Below, one piece after another: positions 8,564 to 18,381 of a stretch of DNA of 32,000 nucleotides. The stretch is from Methanocaldococcus jannaschii DSM 2661 (GTDB lineage Archaea > AGJL01 > Methanococci > Methanococcales > Methanocaldococcaceae), in NCBI RefSeq assembly GCF_000091665.1, contig NC_000909.1, positions 880,712 to 912,711 of the forward strand, read 5' to 3'. Position 1 is the first letter of the stretch, and each line of letters opens with the position of its first letter. The translations under genes and the position numbers were made by a program. The notes under the pieces were generated by a model. It ran no database searches, had not been told where the DNA came from, and was given only the letters and a program-made list of their open reading frames with translations.

Positions 8564-9844
8564 ATGAAAAAATTCATTTTATTTTTAATAATTTTATTAT
8601 TTTCTATTTATTTTTTAAATGTCTCTTCAGCAGAAGTTTGTCCATTTAAGGATGGATTTATAATAATTTACCATGATATTGGTTATGATAAGCTTTTTGG
8701 ATATACTTACAACGATTCGGAGATTTTGTATTTTAATAATAAAAATTTAATGGACATAACTCCTATTTCTGACTATTATTTCCCTGAGTTGTATCATAAT
8801 ATAACATATTTTGAGTGTGGCTCAACTAATAATTTAACTATATTATCTTTTGGATATTTTTATTTCCCAAAAAATGGTGACGGAATAGTTTTTTTAGGTG
8901 TTTTAGTATACACAACAAAAAACAATAAAATAAACTACACTGAGAAAATACTGTGGGCTGATGTTTTTTATTCAGTTGATGATTTTGATATATCTCCTCC
9001 AGCATGTTCCCCTAATGAGGCATTACTTGTTTATTGTTATAAAATGAAAGCAGATTATCCAGAAAATATTCTTGTGTTAATAAATAACACCAACATAACC
9101 GAATTAAAGAAGTTTGAGGATGACGACTATTATACTACGTTCCAACATTACATATATCAACCTATATTCATCTTTACAACCTATGATTCGAAGGCAAAGA
9201 AGTTTTATATCTTAGATGGGCGTTTATCAAATACTTCATTTCCTTTGTATTCTTATTACGGTGGAAAAATCCATTTCGAAGATAACATAACTCTTCCAAA
9301 ATATGAAAATATTTCTTGGGAGTGTATGGATTTTTACAGCATAAATGGGACTTTATATATTGTTATGAAGAAACTTAATTGCTCCAATATCAATTATGCA
9401 GGTTGGTATGAAGATTATTTAAATCAGAAGCCATATCTTCTTATATGGAAAAATAAAACCATAAAAATCATAAGTAATTGCTCAAATCCATATTATTTTG
9501 TTAAAATCAAAGGAGGAGAAATTCCAATAGAAAAAAGCTATCTAAAAAAGATTTTTGGAAATAAATATGAAAGTATAAGAATTACGGATTTAGCATACAA
9601 TAACGGAATATTATTGATTGAAACCAACGAAAATCACAAACTACACTATTATATTGTAAAAAACAACTCAATAGAAGAGATAAAACTAAAAAACATTATA
9701 AAATTGTATAAAAAGAAACATAGCTTATGGGATGATATTAAAAAAGAATTAGAACCAAAAATTTATTGGGTAATACATAACTGGTATATAATAGTTTTAA
9801 TTATAGCTGGTTTGTTGTGGATGGCTATATTATGGAAAAAATAA
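8564..9844 (+). CDS. secreted, C-terminally membrane-anchored protein with many N-glycosylation sequons
   Basis: Signal peptide MKKFILFLIILLFSIYFLNVSSA, C-terminal TM helix WYIIVLIIAGLLWMAILWKK, and 15 N-x-S/T sequons by my count. GGTGAG motif overlaps the upstream stop. Confidence 0.6.
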   Translation: MKKFILFLIILLFSIYFLNVSSAEVCPFKDGFIIIYHDIGYDKLFGYTYNDSEILYFNNKNLMDITPISDYYFPELYHNITYFECGSTNNLTILSFGYFYFPKNGDGIVFLGVLVYTTKNNKINYTEKILWADVFYSVDDFDISPPACSPNEALLVYCYKMKADYPENILVLINNTNITELKKFEDDDYYTTFQHYIYQPIFIFTTYDSKAKKFYILDGRLSNTSFPLYSYYGGKIHFEDNITLPKYENISWECMDFYSINGTLYIVMKKLNCSNINYAGWYEDYLNQKPYLLIWKNKTIKIISNCSNPYYFVKIKGGEIPIEKSYLKKIFGNKYESIRITDLAYNNGILLIETNENHKLHYYIVKNNSIEEIKLKNIIKLYKKKHSLWDDIKKELEPKIYWVIHNWYIIVLIIAGLLWMAILWKK

Positions 9845-9867
9845 TTAAATTTAAATATAAATAAAAT

Positions 9868-11025
9868 CTATTCTTTCAATAGAACTTCTTTTGCTACCTC
9901 TACTCCACTCTCTTTAACTTCAAATCCAAGCTCTTTTAAAGCCAATTCTACACAAGCAAGTGTTGCTAAAACTTCTTTCTCTCCACAGATTCCCATGTGT
10001 CCAATTCTGAATATCTTTCCAGCTAAGTGCTTCTGCCCACCAGCAACAACTATGTTGTATTTGTTGCTTAATATACCTCTAAATTTGCTATCTTCAATGC
10101 CTTCTGGATATTTTGCTGATGTAACTGTTACTGACCTTGCCCTCTCCTTGGCAAACAACTCTATTCCCATTGCCTCCAAACCAGCCCTTGTTGCTTTTGC
10201 TAATCTCTCATGTCTTTTAACCCTATTCTCGATTCCTTCCTCTAAAACTAAATCTAATGCAACATTTAAGGCATAGGTTAAATTAACTGATGGTGTGTAT
10301 GGGGTTTGTTTTTTCTCTTCATAGTATTTTTTATAAGCCAATAAATCTAAGTAGAAACCAACTTTGTCATCATTCTTCTTAATAACTTCCCATGCCTTTT
10401 CACTGACTGTTATTGCAGCCAATCCTGGTGGAGCTGCCAAACATTTTTGAGAACCAGTAACACAGATATCTATGTGGAATTTATCAACATTTACATAATC
10501 TCCTCCTAATGATGAGACAGTATCAACAATGTATAAAGCATCATAGTCCTTAACAACCTCTCCAATCTCTTTTATTGGGTTTCTTGCCCCTGTTGATGTT
10601 TCATTATGCACTACTGTAACTGCTTTGATGTCATCATATTTGTCCAATATCTCTTTAACTGCCTCTGGCTCTGCCATATCTCCCCATTCTACATCTAATC
10701 TAATTGCCTCTCCTTTGTATGCTTTAACTATATTTGCAAATCTCTCTCCAAAGTTTCCTGTAACAATGTTTAAAACCTTATCTCCTCTTTTTATTATGTT
10801 TGATATTGCCATATCCATTGCTGCTGTTCCTGAACCAGTAATTAAGAATGTATCGTTTTCAGTTATGAATACTTTTTTTAATTTTTCTATTGTGTCTTCC
10901 AATAAGTTGCTGTAATCCTTTGTCCTATGTCCAATAACTGGCAATGCCATTGCATTTAAAACCTCTGGTGGAACCATTGTAGGCCCTGGAATCATCAATA
11001 GCTTTTTAACTGCATCTATTTTCAT
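9868..11025 (-). CDS. class V PLP aminotransferase (serine-pyruvate / phosphoserine / aspartate aminotransferase type)
   Basis: MIPGPT N-terminus, HNETSTG, and TGSQKCL (PLP lysine) are class V signatures. GGAGGGAG upstream of the ATG. Confidence 0.85.
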   Translation of the reverse strand: MKIDAVKKLLMIPGPTMVPPEVLNAMALPVIGHRTKDYSNLLEDTIEKLKKVFITENDTFLITGSGTAAMDMAISNIIKRGDKVLNIVTGNFGERFANIVKAYKGEAIRLDVEWGDMAEPEAVKEILDKYDDIKAVTVVHNETSTGARNPIKEIGEVVKDYDALYIVDTVSSLGGDYVNVDKFHIDICVTGSQKCLAAPPGLAAITVSEKAWEVIKKNDDKVGFYLDLLAYKKYYEEKKQTPYTPSVNLTYALNVALDLVLEEGIENRVKRHERLAKATRAGLEAMGIELFAKERARSVTVTSAKYPEGIEDSKFRGILSNKYNIVVAGGQKHLAGKIFRIGHMGICGEKEVLATLACVELALKELGFEVKESGVEVAKEVLLKE

Positions 11026-11069
11026 AATCTCCCTCCATAAAAATTATTTTTATGAATTGGGATTATTCT

Positions 11070-11723
11070 TTATTTTCTACTCTTTAAGTATTCATCCCAA
11101 TCTTTTAAGAATCTCTCCAAACCAATGTCTGTTAATGGGTGATTGAATAGCTTGTCCATAACTGCTGGTGGCATTGTTGCAATATCTGCTCCTATTTTTG
11201 CCGCCTCTAAAACATGCCATGGGTGTCTAACTGAAGCAACTATAACTTCAGTCTTAATATCGTAGTTTTTGTATATCTTTACAACATCCTCAATTAACTT
11301 CATCCCAACGTGTCCAATGTCATCTAACCTTCCAACGAATGGTGATACATAGGTAGCCCCTGCCTTAGCAGCAACTAAAGCCTGTAATGGAGAGAAAACT
11401 AATGTTACATTTGTTTTTATTCCTTCAGCTGATAATATTTTAACTGCCTTCATTCCATCTTTTGTCATTGGGATTTTTATAACTATGTTATCTGCTAATT
11501 TTGCCAATTCTCTTGCCTCTTTAACCATTCCCTCAGCATCTGTTGAGATAACCTCAGCACTTACTGGACCTTCAACAATTTCACAGATTTCTTTAACAAC
11601 TTCATAGAAATCTCTTCCTTCCTTAGCTACCAATGTTGGGTTTGTTGTAACCCCATCTACTAATCCAAGCTCAGCATATTTTTTAATCTCTTCAACATTT
11701 GCAGTGTCTAAGAAGAATTTCAT
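11070..11723 (-). CDS. tal: transaldolase / fructose-6-phosphate aldolase family protein (short type)
   Basis: [14 protein letters not shown]..., VTTNPTL and IKIPMT (Schiff-base lysine region); 217 aa, typical of the TalC/FSA subfamily. Confidence 0.9.
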   Translation of the reverse strand: MKFFLDTANVEEIKKYAELGLVDGVTTNPTLVAKEGRDFYEVVKEICEIVEGPVSAEVISTDAEGMVKEARELAKLADNIVIKIPMTKDGMKAVKILSAEGIKTNVTLVFSPLQALVAAKAGATYVSPFVGRLDDIGHVGMKLIEDVVKIYKNYDIKTEVIVASVRHPWHVLEAAKIGADIATMPPAVMDKLFNHPLTDIGLERFLKDWDEYLKSRK

Positions 11724-11939
11724 CCCTATCCCTCTTATAAAATTTTATGATAGGCTTTTAGGAAATTATATATCGTAGGGGGTTAAAAAGTTATCTCTTA
11801 TTATTAATTTGAATATACAAAGGTTTTTATAGTAGTAAATTATATACCACTATTTTGTTTATTATGTTTTAACTACACTTCAACTCTCAAATGGAAAATC
11901 TATTTTTAAATTTATAATAAAGACAATTTACGTGATACT

Positions 11940-14228
11940 ATGGTAAATTTTGATGAAGAAGTTTTTAGAGCATATTATGAACATAAAATAAAGAGTTTTA
12001 TAAAAGAAGAGCTGTCTAATAATTTAATTAAGGGGAATATCTTTGAATTTGACATTGAGAAGTTTTTAATGCACTTTCCAGATGCATGTGAAGTTAATGA
12101 CTTAATCATTGAGAGACCGAAAGAAATTGAGGAAATAATATTGGATATATTTAAAGAAGCTTATGTTGAACTATTTGGTGAAGATAAAGAGTTAGAAAAG
12201 ATACAAATTGCATTTAAAAATCCAAAAGGTTGTGAAAAATTAATTGAGGAGATTTCTGCTGAAGATATAAACAAATTGGTTAAATTTGAAGGAAATATAC
12301 TGCAAGCAGGAAAAGTTAATGCACTTTTAAAAAAGGCAGTATATTACTGTAACAAAAGAATAAAAGATGAAAATGGAGGTTTTTTGTGTAAATACACATA
12401 TACTCCATGTGATGGACGTGTTGAAATTGAGATTGATGACTACTTTAGTGAAGGAGAATTTATTAAGGACATGTTATCTCCAAGAGAGGTCAAAAAAATT
12501 TTAGAAAACAAAAAAGTTTGGGATAAATTAGTGGAAAAAGGGAAAATCCCAAGATGTGTGGATTTGAAGGAAAATGATGAAGTTTTTAAAGAAAATTTAA
12601 AGGAAATAAAGTTCATTTTGGATGAATATGATTCAATATATGTGAATATTCAGGAGATGGAGATTCAGCAGCCAATTGATTTAATGAAAAATCCTGAAGA
12701 GCCAGCGAGGAGCATTAGAGTCTTTTTAGAAAACACTCCGGGAATATATGCAGGAAGGGTAAATGTTATAGGAAGGGTTATGAAAAGAGAGTATAGACAT
12801 AACATCCCAATTTATAAAATTTACATTAAAAGTAACTATATTAAAATTTCTGAAAGTTATAATAAAATTGAAGTTAAAGATATATTAAGAAATGAAGAGC
12901 TTATAGAGACTTTAAATGAATTAGGGAGAAAGAAAAATATTATTGACATTTTATCAAACTATCTAATCTCTCAAATAAAAGGTTATGAATTAGTTAAAAA
13001 AGCCATATTTTTGCAACAAATAAAAGGAGCTTTTAAATTTTTACCTGATGGGACTCCTTTAAGAAGGGATAGCCATATTTTATTAATTACAGACCCAGGT
13101 ATTGGAAAATCAACAATGCTCAGAAGAATAGCAAGATTATTCCCTCAAAATGCTTATGCATCAGTAACAACTGCTACTGGAGGAGGTTTAACTGCTATAG
13201 TAACAAGAGAGGCTACTGAAATCGGAGATGGATGGGTTGTTAAGCCGGGGGTTTTTGTTAGAGCTAATGAAGGAACTGCATGTATTGATGAGCTAACTGT
13301 AGATAAGAATGTAATGAAATATATATTGGAGGCTATGGAGAGCCAGACAATCCACGTCAATAAAGGAGGGATTAATGTTAAACTGCCCGCAAGATGTGCA
13401 GTTTTAGCAGCATGCAACCCAAAGAGGGGAAGATTTGATAGGAATTTAACTGTTATTGAGCAGATAGATATTCCAGCCCCATTGCTTAGTAGATTTGATT
13501 TAATATTTCCATTGATGGATAAACCAAATAGAAAGAGTGATGAAGAGATAGCTGAACATATATTAAACACCCATATTGAGACAGCAACAAAAGACTACAA
13601 AATCTTAGGAGCTATTGATATTGATGGAATAACAGTGGATGAGAAGCTTTTAAAATACTATATTATTTATGCAAGGAGCTGTGCATACATAGAAGAGAAT
13701 CAAGATTTATACTTAGGAGAGTTTGATGAAACAAAGTTAATTATGCCTTATTTAACTGATAAAGCAAAAAAGATGATTAAAAAGTATTACTTAGAGATGA
13801 GAAAGTTGGGAGAGGGGGATAACCCAATACCAATAACTGCAAGGCAGTTAGAGGCAATTATTAGGATTGCTGAAATGCATGCAAAGGCAAGACTATCAGA
13901 TAAAGTTGAAGATGTCGATGCTGAAGTGGCAATAAGTATTATTGATGATTGCTTAAAACAGGTAGCTTATGACCCAGAAACTGGAACTTTGGACTTGGAT
14001 AAGATAGCTGGAACTCCAAAGTCAAGAAGAGATAAGATGGACGCTGTCCTTAACATTATTAGGGAGATTGTTAGCTTGAGAGATGATGGTTTAGCACCAG
14101 AAGAGGAGATATATGAAAAAGCGATGGCTATTGGTTTATCTGAAAAGGATGTTAATGATGCCTTAGAATATTTAAAGAAAGCTGGAGATATATACAATCC
14201 AAGATATGGATTCTGGGGTTTATTATGA
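11940..14228 (+). CDS. mcm: divergent MCM-family replicative helicase paralogue
   Basis: AAA+ MCM core: Walker A DPGIGKST (about 13092-13115), Walker B CIDELT, sensor-1 AACNP, arginine finger SRFDL (13488-13502), sensor-2 PITARQLEAIIRIAE. The N-terminal half is divergent, with no CxxC zinc-finger pairs. Confidence 0.88.
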   Translation: MVNFDEEVFRAYYEHKIKSFIKEELSNNLIKGNIFEFDIEKFLMHFPDACEVNDLIIERPKEIEEIILDIFKEAYVELFGEDKELEKIQIAFKNPKGCEKLIEEISAEDINKLVKFEGNILQAGKVNALLKKAVYYCNKRIKDENGGFLCKYTYTPCDGRVEIEIDDYFSEGEFIKDMLSPREVKKILENKKVWDKLVEKGKIPRCVDLKENDEVFKENLKEIKFILDEYDSIYVNIQEMEIQQPIDLMKNPEEPARSIRVFLENTPGIYAGRVNVIGRVMKREYRHNIPIYKIYIKSNYIKISESYNKIEVKDILRNEELIETLNELGRKKNIIDILSNYLISQIKGYELVKKAIFLQQIKGAFKFLPDGTPLRRDSHILLITDPGIGKSTMLRRIARLFPQNAYASVTTATGGGLTAIVTREATEIGDGWVVKPGVFVRANEGTACIDELTVDKNVMKYILEAMESQTIHVNKGGINVKLPARCAVLAACNPKRGRFDRNLTVIEQIDIPAPLLSRFDLIFPLMDKPNRKSDEEIAEHILNTHIETATKDYKILGAIDIDGITVDEKLLKYYIIYARSCAYIEENQDLYLGEFDETKLIMPYLTDKAKKMIKKYYLEMRKLGEGDNPIPITARQLEAIIRIAEMHAKARLSDKVEDVDAEVAISIIDDCLKQVAYDPETGTLDLDKIAGTPKSRRDKMDAVLNIIREIVSLRDDGLAPEEEIYEKAMAIGLSEKDVNDALEYLKKAGDIYNPRYGFWGLL

Positions 14229-14611
14229 AAAAGTTCTTAGAAAAAAAGCTAAAGAAGATAGCTTATGAAAGAATTGATATATTGATGAGCTTAGCTGAAG
14301 AAGAGGCAAAGAAAGGTAATTGGGATAGAGCTAAGAGATATGTATATTTAGCAAGAAGAATAGCCATGAAAATGAGAATAAGATTCCCTAAAAAATGGAA
14401 GAGAAGGATATGCAAAAAATGTGGAACCTTTTTGTTGTATGGAAGGAATGCAAGGGTTAGAATTAAGAGCAAGAGATATCCCCACGTTGTTATAACATGC
14501 TTAGAATGCGGAGCAATATATAGAATCCCAATGATTAGAGAGAAGAAAGAAAAGAGAAGGAAAAAATTAGAGGAAAGATTAAAAGCAAAATCAAACTCAC
14601 AAACCTCTTAA
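14225..14611 (+). CDS. rnp4: RNase P protein component 4 (Rpp21 homolog)
   Basis: Basic N-terminal helices plus a zinc ribbon, CKKCGTFL...CLECGAIY. The start overlaps the mcm stop (ATGA). Confidence 0.85.
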   Translation: MKKFLEKKLKKIAYERIDILMSLAEEEAKKGNWDRAKRYVYLARRIAMKMRIRFPKKWKRRICKKCGTFLLYGRNARVRIKSKRYPHVVITCLECGAIYRIPMIREKKEKRRKKLEERLKAKSNSQTS

Positions 14612-16288
14612 CTTTTTTGTTTCTTCCATATCAACAACGAAATCATCATCTTTTTTGATAATTTTTACTTTATAATCCCTATATGCCGATTTTATGGAAA
14701 TTTTTTCATCTTTAACATCCTCTAATATTAGATTTATATCTCTTTCATAAGGAGAGCCGTAGCCCCCACCACCAGGAGTGTTTATTTCAACTATATCACC
14801 ACAACTTAAATATAAAGTATCTTTTCCAGATAATGGGATTTTTTTACCATCTTTTATAACATAATGCTCTCCACACGCTCCACTATAGCCATTATTAACT
14901 CCCCATGGGGAAATTTTAATTCTATCAGCAATTATGGAGAGCATGCAGTCAGATAGCATTTTATAAACTCTCCTTATTCCCAAACCTCCCCTATACTTCC
15001 CAGCTCCTCCAGAATCTTCTCTTAGAGAGTATTCAAGAATCATTATTGGATATTCGTTCTCTATAACTTCAATTGGAGTATTGAGAGTGTTTGTCATATT
15101 TGCATGAACTCCATCAACTCCATCTTTTCCATTTCTTCCTCCAAATCCTCCTCCAATTGTTTCATAGAATGCCCAACCTCTTCCCCCAATAATAACGTTG
15201 TTCATACTCCCGTTTGATGCGGCTGGCACTCTATCTGGGAATTCATGGTAGAGGGCTTTAAATATCACATCAACTATTCTTTGAGAGGTTTCTACATTAC
15301 CAACAGAAACTGGAGCTGGTTTCTTTGGATTAACAATTGTTTCCTCTGGAGCAATGATATTTAAAACTCTAAAGATACCATGATTCATTGGTAAATCAGG
15401 GTCTATAACTGCCTTTAATGCAAAGGATGTTGATGCAACGGTAACACCATAAACAGCATTTAATGGAGCATCTAACTGTCTATGCGTTCCAGTAAAATCA
15501 ACTTTTATTTTGCCATTTTTTATCTCAATCTTCATATTTATATTTATTAATTTGTCCTTATATTCAAGGTAATCTACTGCCTCACATATACAGTTAATAT
15601 CTCTAATTTTTGATTTTAAATATTCCTCAGAATAATCTAAACTCTTATTCCATGCCTCAGTAACTTCTCTATCCCCATACTTTTCAATTAGTTTTAAAAT
15701 TCTCTCAACACCAATGTTCAATGATGCTATTTGAGCTTTTAAATCTCCAATTGTTGATTTTGGCACTCTAACATTTGATGTTATTAGATTTAAGAGCTCT
15801 TTGTTTAACTTTCCATTTATAACGAGCTTAGAGGGAGGAATAATTAAACCTTCGTGGTAGAGTTCTTTTACGTTACTGCTTATACTTCCTGGTGCATAGC
15901 CACCAACATCTACATGATGAGCCTTATTTGCCACATAGCCAATTATTTCATCGTTATAAAATATTGGTTTTAAGAGGGTGATGTCATTTAGATGAGTTCC
16001 AGCTATGTATGGGTCGTTAACGATAATTACATCGTCCTTCTCAATCTCAATGCTCTCTTTTTTTAGATAATCAACGGTATTCTTAACTCCAATAGCCATA
16101 CTCCCTAAATGCACTGGGATGTGTTCAGCTTGGGCTATTAACTCTCCATTTGATGATAAGATAGCACAGCTAAAATCTAATCTGTCCTTAATATTTGGAG
16201 AATAGGCTGTATTTCTCAAAATAATTCCCATCTCTTCTGCAATATATGAGGTAGAGCTTTTAATAACCTCAACTGTAATTTTATCCAT
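14597..16288 (-). CDS. hyuB: hydantoinase B / oxoprolinase family protein
   Basis: 563 aa with HyuB-type motifs (DPYIAGTHLNDI, PGGGGYG). 12 nt downstream of hyuA on the same strand. Confidence 0.85.
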   Translation of the reverse strand: MDKITVEVIKSSTSYIAEEMGIILRNTAYSPNIKDRLDFSCAILSSNGELIAQAEHIPVHLGSMAIGVKNTVDYLKKESIEIEKDDVIIVNDPYIAGTHLNDITLLKPIFYNDEIIGYVANKAHHVDVGGYAPGSISSNVKELYHEGLIIPPSKLVINGKLNKELLNLITSNVRVPKSTIGDLKAQIASLNIGVERILKLIEKYGDREVTEAWNKSLDYSEEYLKSKIRDINCICEAVDYLEYKDKLININMKIEIKNGKIKVDFTGTHRQLDAPLNAVYGVTVASTSFALKAVIDPDLPMNHGIFRVLNIIAPEETIVNPKKPAPVSVGNVETSQRIVDVIFKALYHEFPDRVPAASNGSMNNVIIGGRGWAFYETIGGGFGGRNGKDGVDGVHANMTNTLNTPIEVIENEYPIMILEYSLREDSGGAGKYRGGLGIRRVYKMLSDCMLSIIADRIKISPWGVNNGYSGACGEHYVIKDGKKIPLSGKDTLYLSCGDIVEINTPGGGGYGSPYERDINLILEDVKDEKISIKSAYRDYKVKIIKKDDDFVVDMEETKKLRGL

Positions 16289-16300
16289 AACAATCCCCTT

Positions 16301-18343
16301 TTATCTCTCAATTCTTAAACATCCGTATTTATCAACAAAAGCTGTATAATCTGGAGGAATTACGATAGTTGAATCATACTCTTCAACTACTGCCGGTCCT
16401 TCAAATATAGCTCCTGGTTTAAGCTTATCCCTATTATAAATTGCAGTCTCTTCCCATCCACTGCTGAAATAAACCTTTCTATAACTCTCTGGCTTTGGTT
16501 TGTATTCTTTAACTTCATAACATTTTATCTCTGGCTTTGTTAATAAACCAATAATTGTAACCCTTGCATTAACCAACTCAATATCTTCCTCTAAAGAACT
16601 GAATTTATAAACAGTCTCATGCTTTTTGTGGAAGTTATCTGCCAATTCTTTTAAATCTCCAGTCCAAGGGATTGTTAGTTCATAAGATTGCCCTTTATAT
16701 CTAACATCAATCTGTTTAACTATCTTTATCTCCTCAAAGCCCTCAACCTCTTTAAGTCCCTCCTCTATTAGCTCAATAAATATATTCTCAATCTCTTCCT
16801 CATCAACTTCATCTATATCTTTCAATATACTCTTAGCTTTATCTACCCTACAATCAGCCAATAAAAGCCCTAAAGCAGAGAAAACACCACACGAAGGAGG
16901 AATTAATATAGAGCTAATCTCCATCTCCTCTGCCAACTCAACTCCATGTAAAGGTCCAGCTCCACCAAAAACATACATGACAAAATCCCTTGGGTCATAG
17001 CCTCTCTCAACTGTAACTATTCTTAAAGCCTTTGCCATGGTGGTGTTTGCCAATCTTATTATTCCATAGGCGATTTCTTCAACACTCTCCCCTATTTTTT
17101 CAGCTAATTTTGATATTGCCTTTTCAGCTAAATCTTTTCTTAATTTTAATAGACCACCACTAAGCTTCTCTCCCAATCTACCAAGGATTAAGTTGGCATC
17201 AGTTATTGTTGGTTTATCATTTCCCTTTCCATAGCAAACAGGCCCCGGGTCAGCTCCAGCACTTATCGGCCCAACTCTTAAGGCATTTCCTTCATCAACC
17301 CATGCTATTGTCCCTCCTCCAGCACTAACCTCAGCCAAATCAATAAATGGAAATCTAACAGGATAACCAGAGCCTTTAATTAATCTTCCAGCATGAACCT
17401 CTCCTCCAACCTCATACTCATTTGTTACCAATGGAGAGTTGTTAATTATAGTTGATGCCTTAGCAGTTGTTCCACCCATATCAAAGCCTATAACTTTGTT
17501 ATCATTTAAAATTTTTGAAAAATAGGCGACTGCAATAGCTCCAGCGGCTGGACCGGATTCTATAAATGCTGCAGGTCTTTCAGTGGCATATTTTATATTT
17601 GAGATGCCTCCACTACTCTGCATAACATAAAACTTTCCATTAAAGCCTTTGTTTTTTAAAGAATCTATGAAGTTTTTTAGATAATTGGACACTAATGGCT
17701 TTAGATAGGCGTTAATAACGGTTGTGCTTGTTCTCTCATACTCCTTATACTCTGGATTTATTTCGTAGGAGGTTATAACATCCACATTAGAGCAGAGATT
17801 TTTTATTATTTCCCTTGCCTTCTTTTCATGGATTGGATTCTTATAGCTGTGTAAAAAAGAGATAACAACAACTTCATAATCCTTTTTCTTAATAATTTCA
17901 GCTATTTTTTGCAATTCCTCCTCATTTAGTGGAGTGATTATATTTCCATTTGCATCTATCCTCTCTTCAACCTCATATCTGTCTCTCCTCTTTATTAATG
18001 GCTTTGGCTTTTCAAAGAATAAATCATAAAGTTTAGGCCTCCTCTGCCTACCAATTTCAATAACATCCTTAAATCCCTTTGTTGTAATTAGTGCAATTTT
18101 TGGTGGGTTTAAGTGCTCTTGCCCTAAAAACATGTTTGTTCCTAAGGTGGTTGCGTGGATTAAAATATTTATCTTATCAAATTCTATTTTAGCAGTTTCT
18201 ATTGCATTTATTGCCCCAACATCAGGACTCTTTGGAGTTGTTGGAACTTTAACTACATGAAATTCTTTGCTATATTCATCAAAATAAACGAGGTCTGTAA
18301 ATGTCCCACCTATATCAATTCCTACTCTGTATCCCATAACCAT
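16301..18343 (-). CDS. hyuA: hydantoinase A / oxoprolinase family protein
   Basis: N-terminal GIDIGGTFTD (ASKHA ATPase phosphate-1 motif) and a second GFDMGGTTA motif; 680 aa. Confidence 0.85.
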   Translation of the reverse strand: MVMGYRVGIDIGGTFTDLVYFDEYSKEFHVVKVPTTPKSPDVGAINAIETAKIEFDKINILIHATTLGTNMFLGQEHLNPPKIALITTKGFKDVIEIGRQRRPKLYDLFFEKPKPLIKRRDRYEVEERIDANGNIITPLNEEELQKIAEIIKKKDYEVVVISFLHSYKNPIHEKKAREIIKNLCSNVDVITSYEINPEYKEYERTSTTVINAYLKPLVSNYLKNFIDSLKNKGFNGKFYVMQSSGGISNIKYATERPAAFIESGPAAGAIAVAYFSKILNDNKVIGFDMGGTTAKASTIINNSPLVTNEYEVGGEVHAGRLIKGSGYPVRFPFIDLAEVSAGGGTIAWVDEGNALRVGPISAGADPGPVCYGKGNDKPTITDANLILGRLGEKLSGGLLKLRKDLAEKAISKLAEKIGESVEEIAYGIIRLANTTMAKALRIVTVERGYDPRDFVMYVFGGAGPLHGVELAEEMEISSILIPPSCGVFSALGLLLADCRVDKAKSILKDIDEVDEEEIENIFIELIEEGLKEVEGFEEIKIVKQIDVRYKGQSYELTIPWTGDLKELADNFHKKHETVYKFSSLEEDIELVNARVTIIGLLTKPEIKCYEVKEYKPKPESYRKVYFSSGWEETAIYNRDKLKPGAIFEGPAVVEEYDSTIVIPPDYTAFVDKYGCLRIER

Positions 18344-18381
18344 CCCATAAAAATTAGTATTAGAAGCTATAACTTATTTTA

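Noticed and set aside
13154-13570. 138-aa ORF antisense to mcm
   Set aside because: It lies entirely inside a well-supported MCM coding region on the other strand. The product is low-complexity and Ser/Leu/Ile-rich, with no start context. This is a typical shadow ORF of an AT-rich, purine-skewed coding strand.
11724-14228. Integrated provirus or plasmid carrying the MCM paralogue
   Set aside because: I found no integrase, att-like direct repeats, tRNA-fragment duplication or virus-like genes flanking mcm. Its neighbours are transaldolase and rnp4 (housekeeping). The idea is kept only as a caveat in the MCM finding.
14597-14611. 15-nt overlap of the convergent 3' ends of rnp4 and hyuB
   Set aside because: The overlap is real but small, and such overlaps are common in compact archaeal genomes. 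Nothing beyond coordinates suggests antisense regulation.
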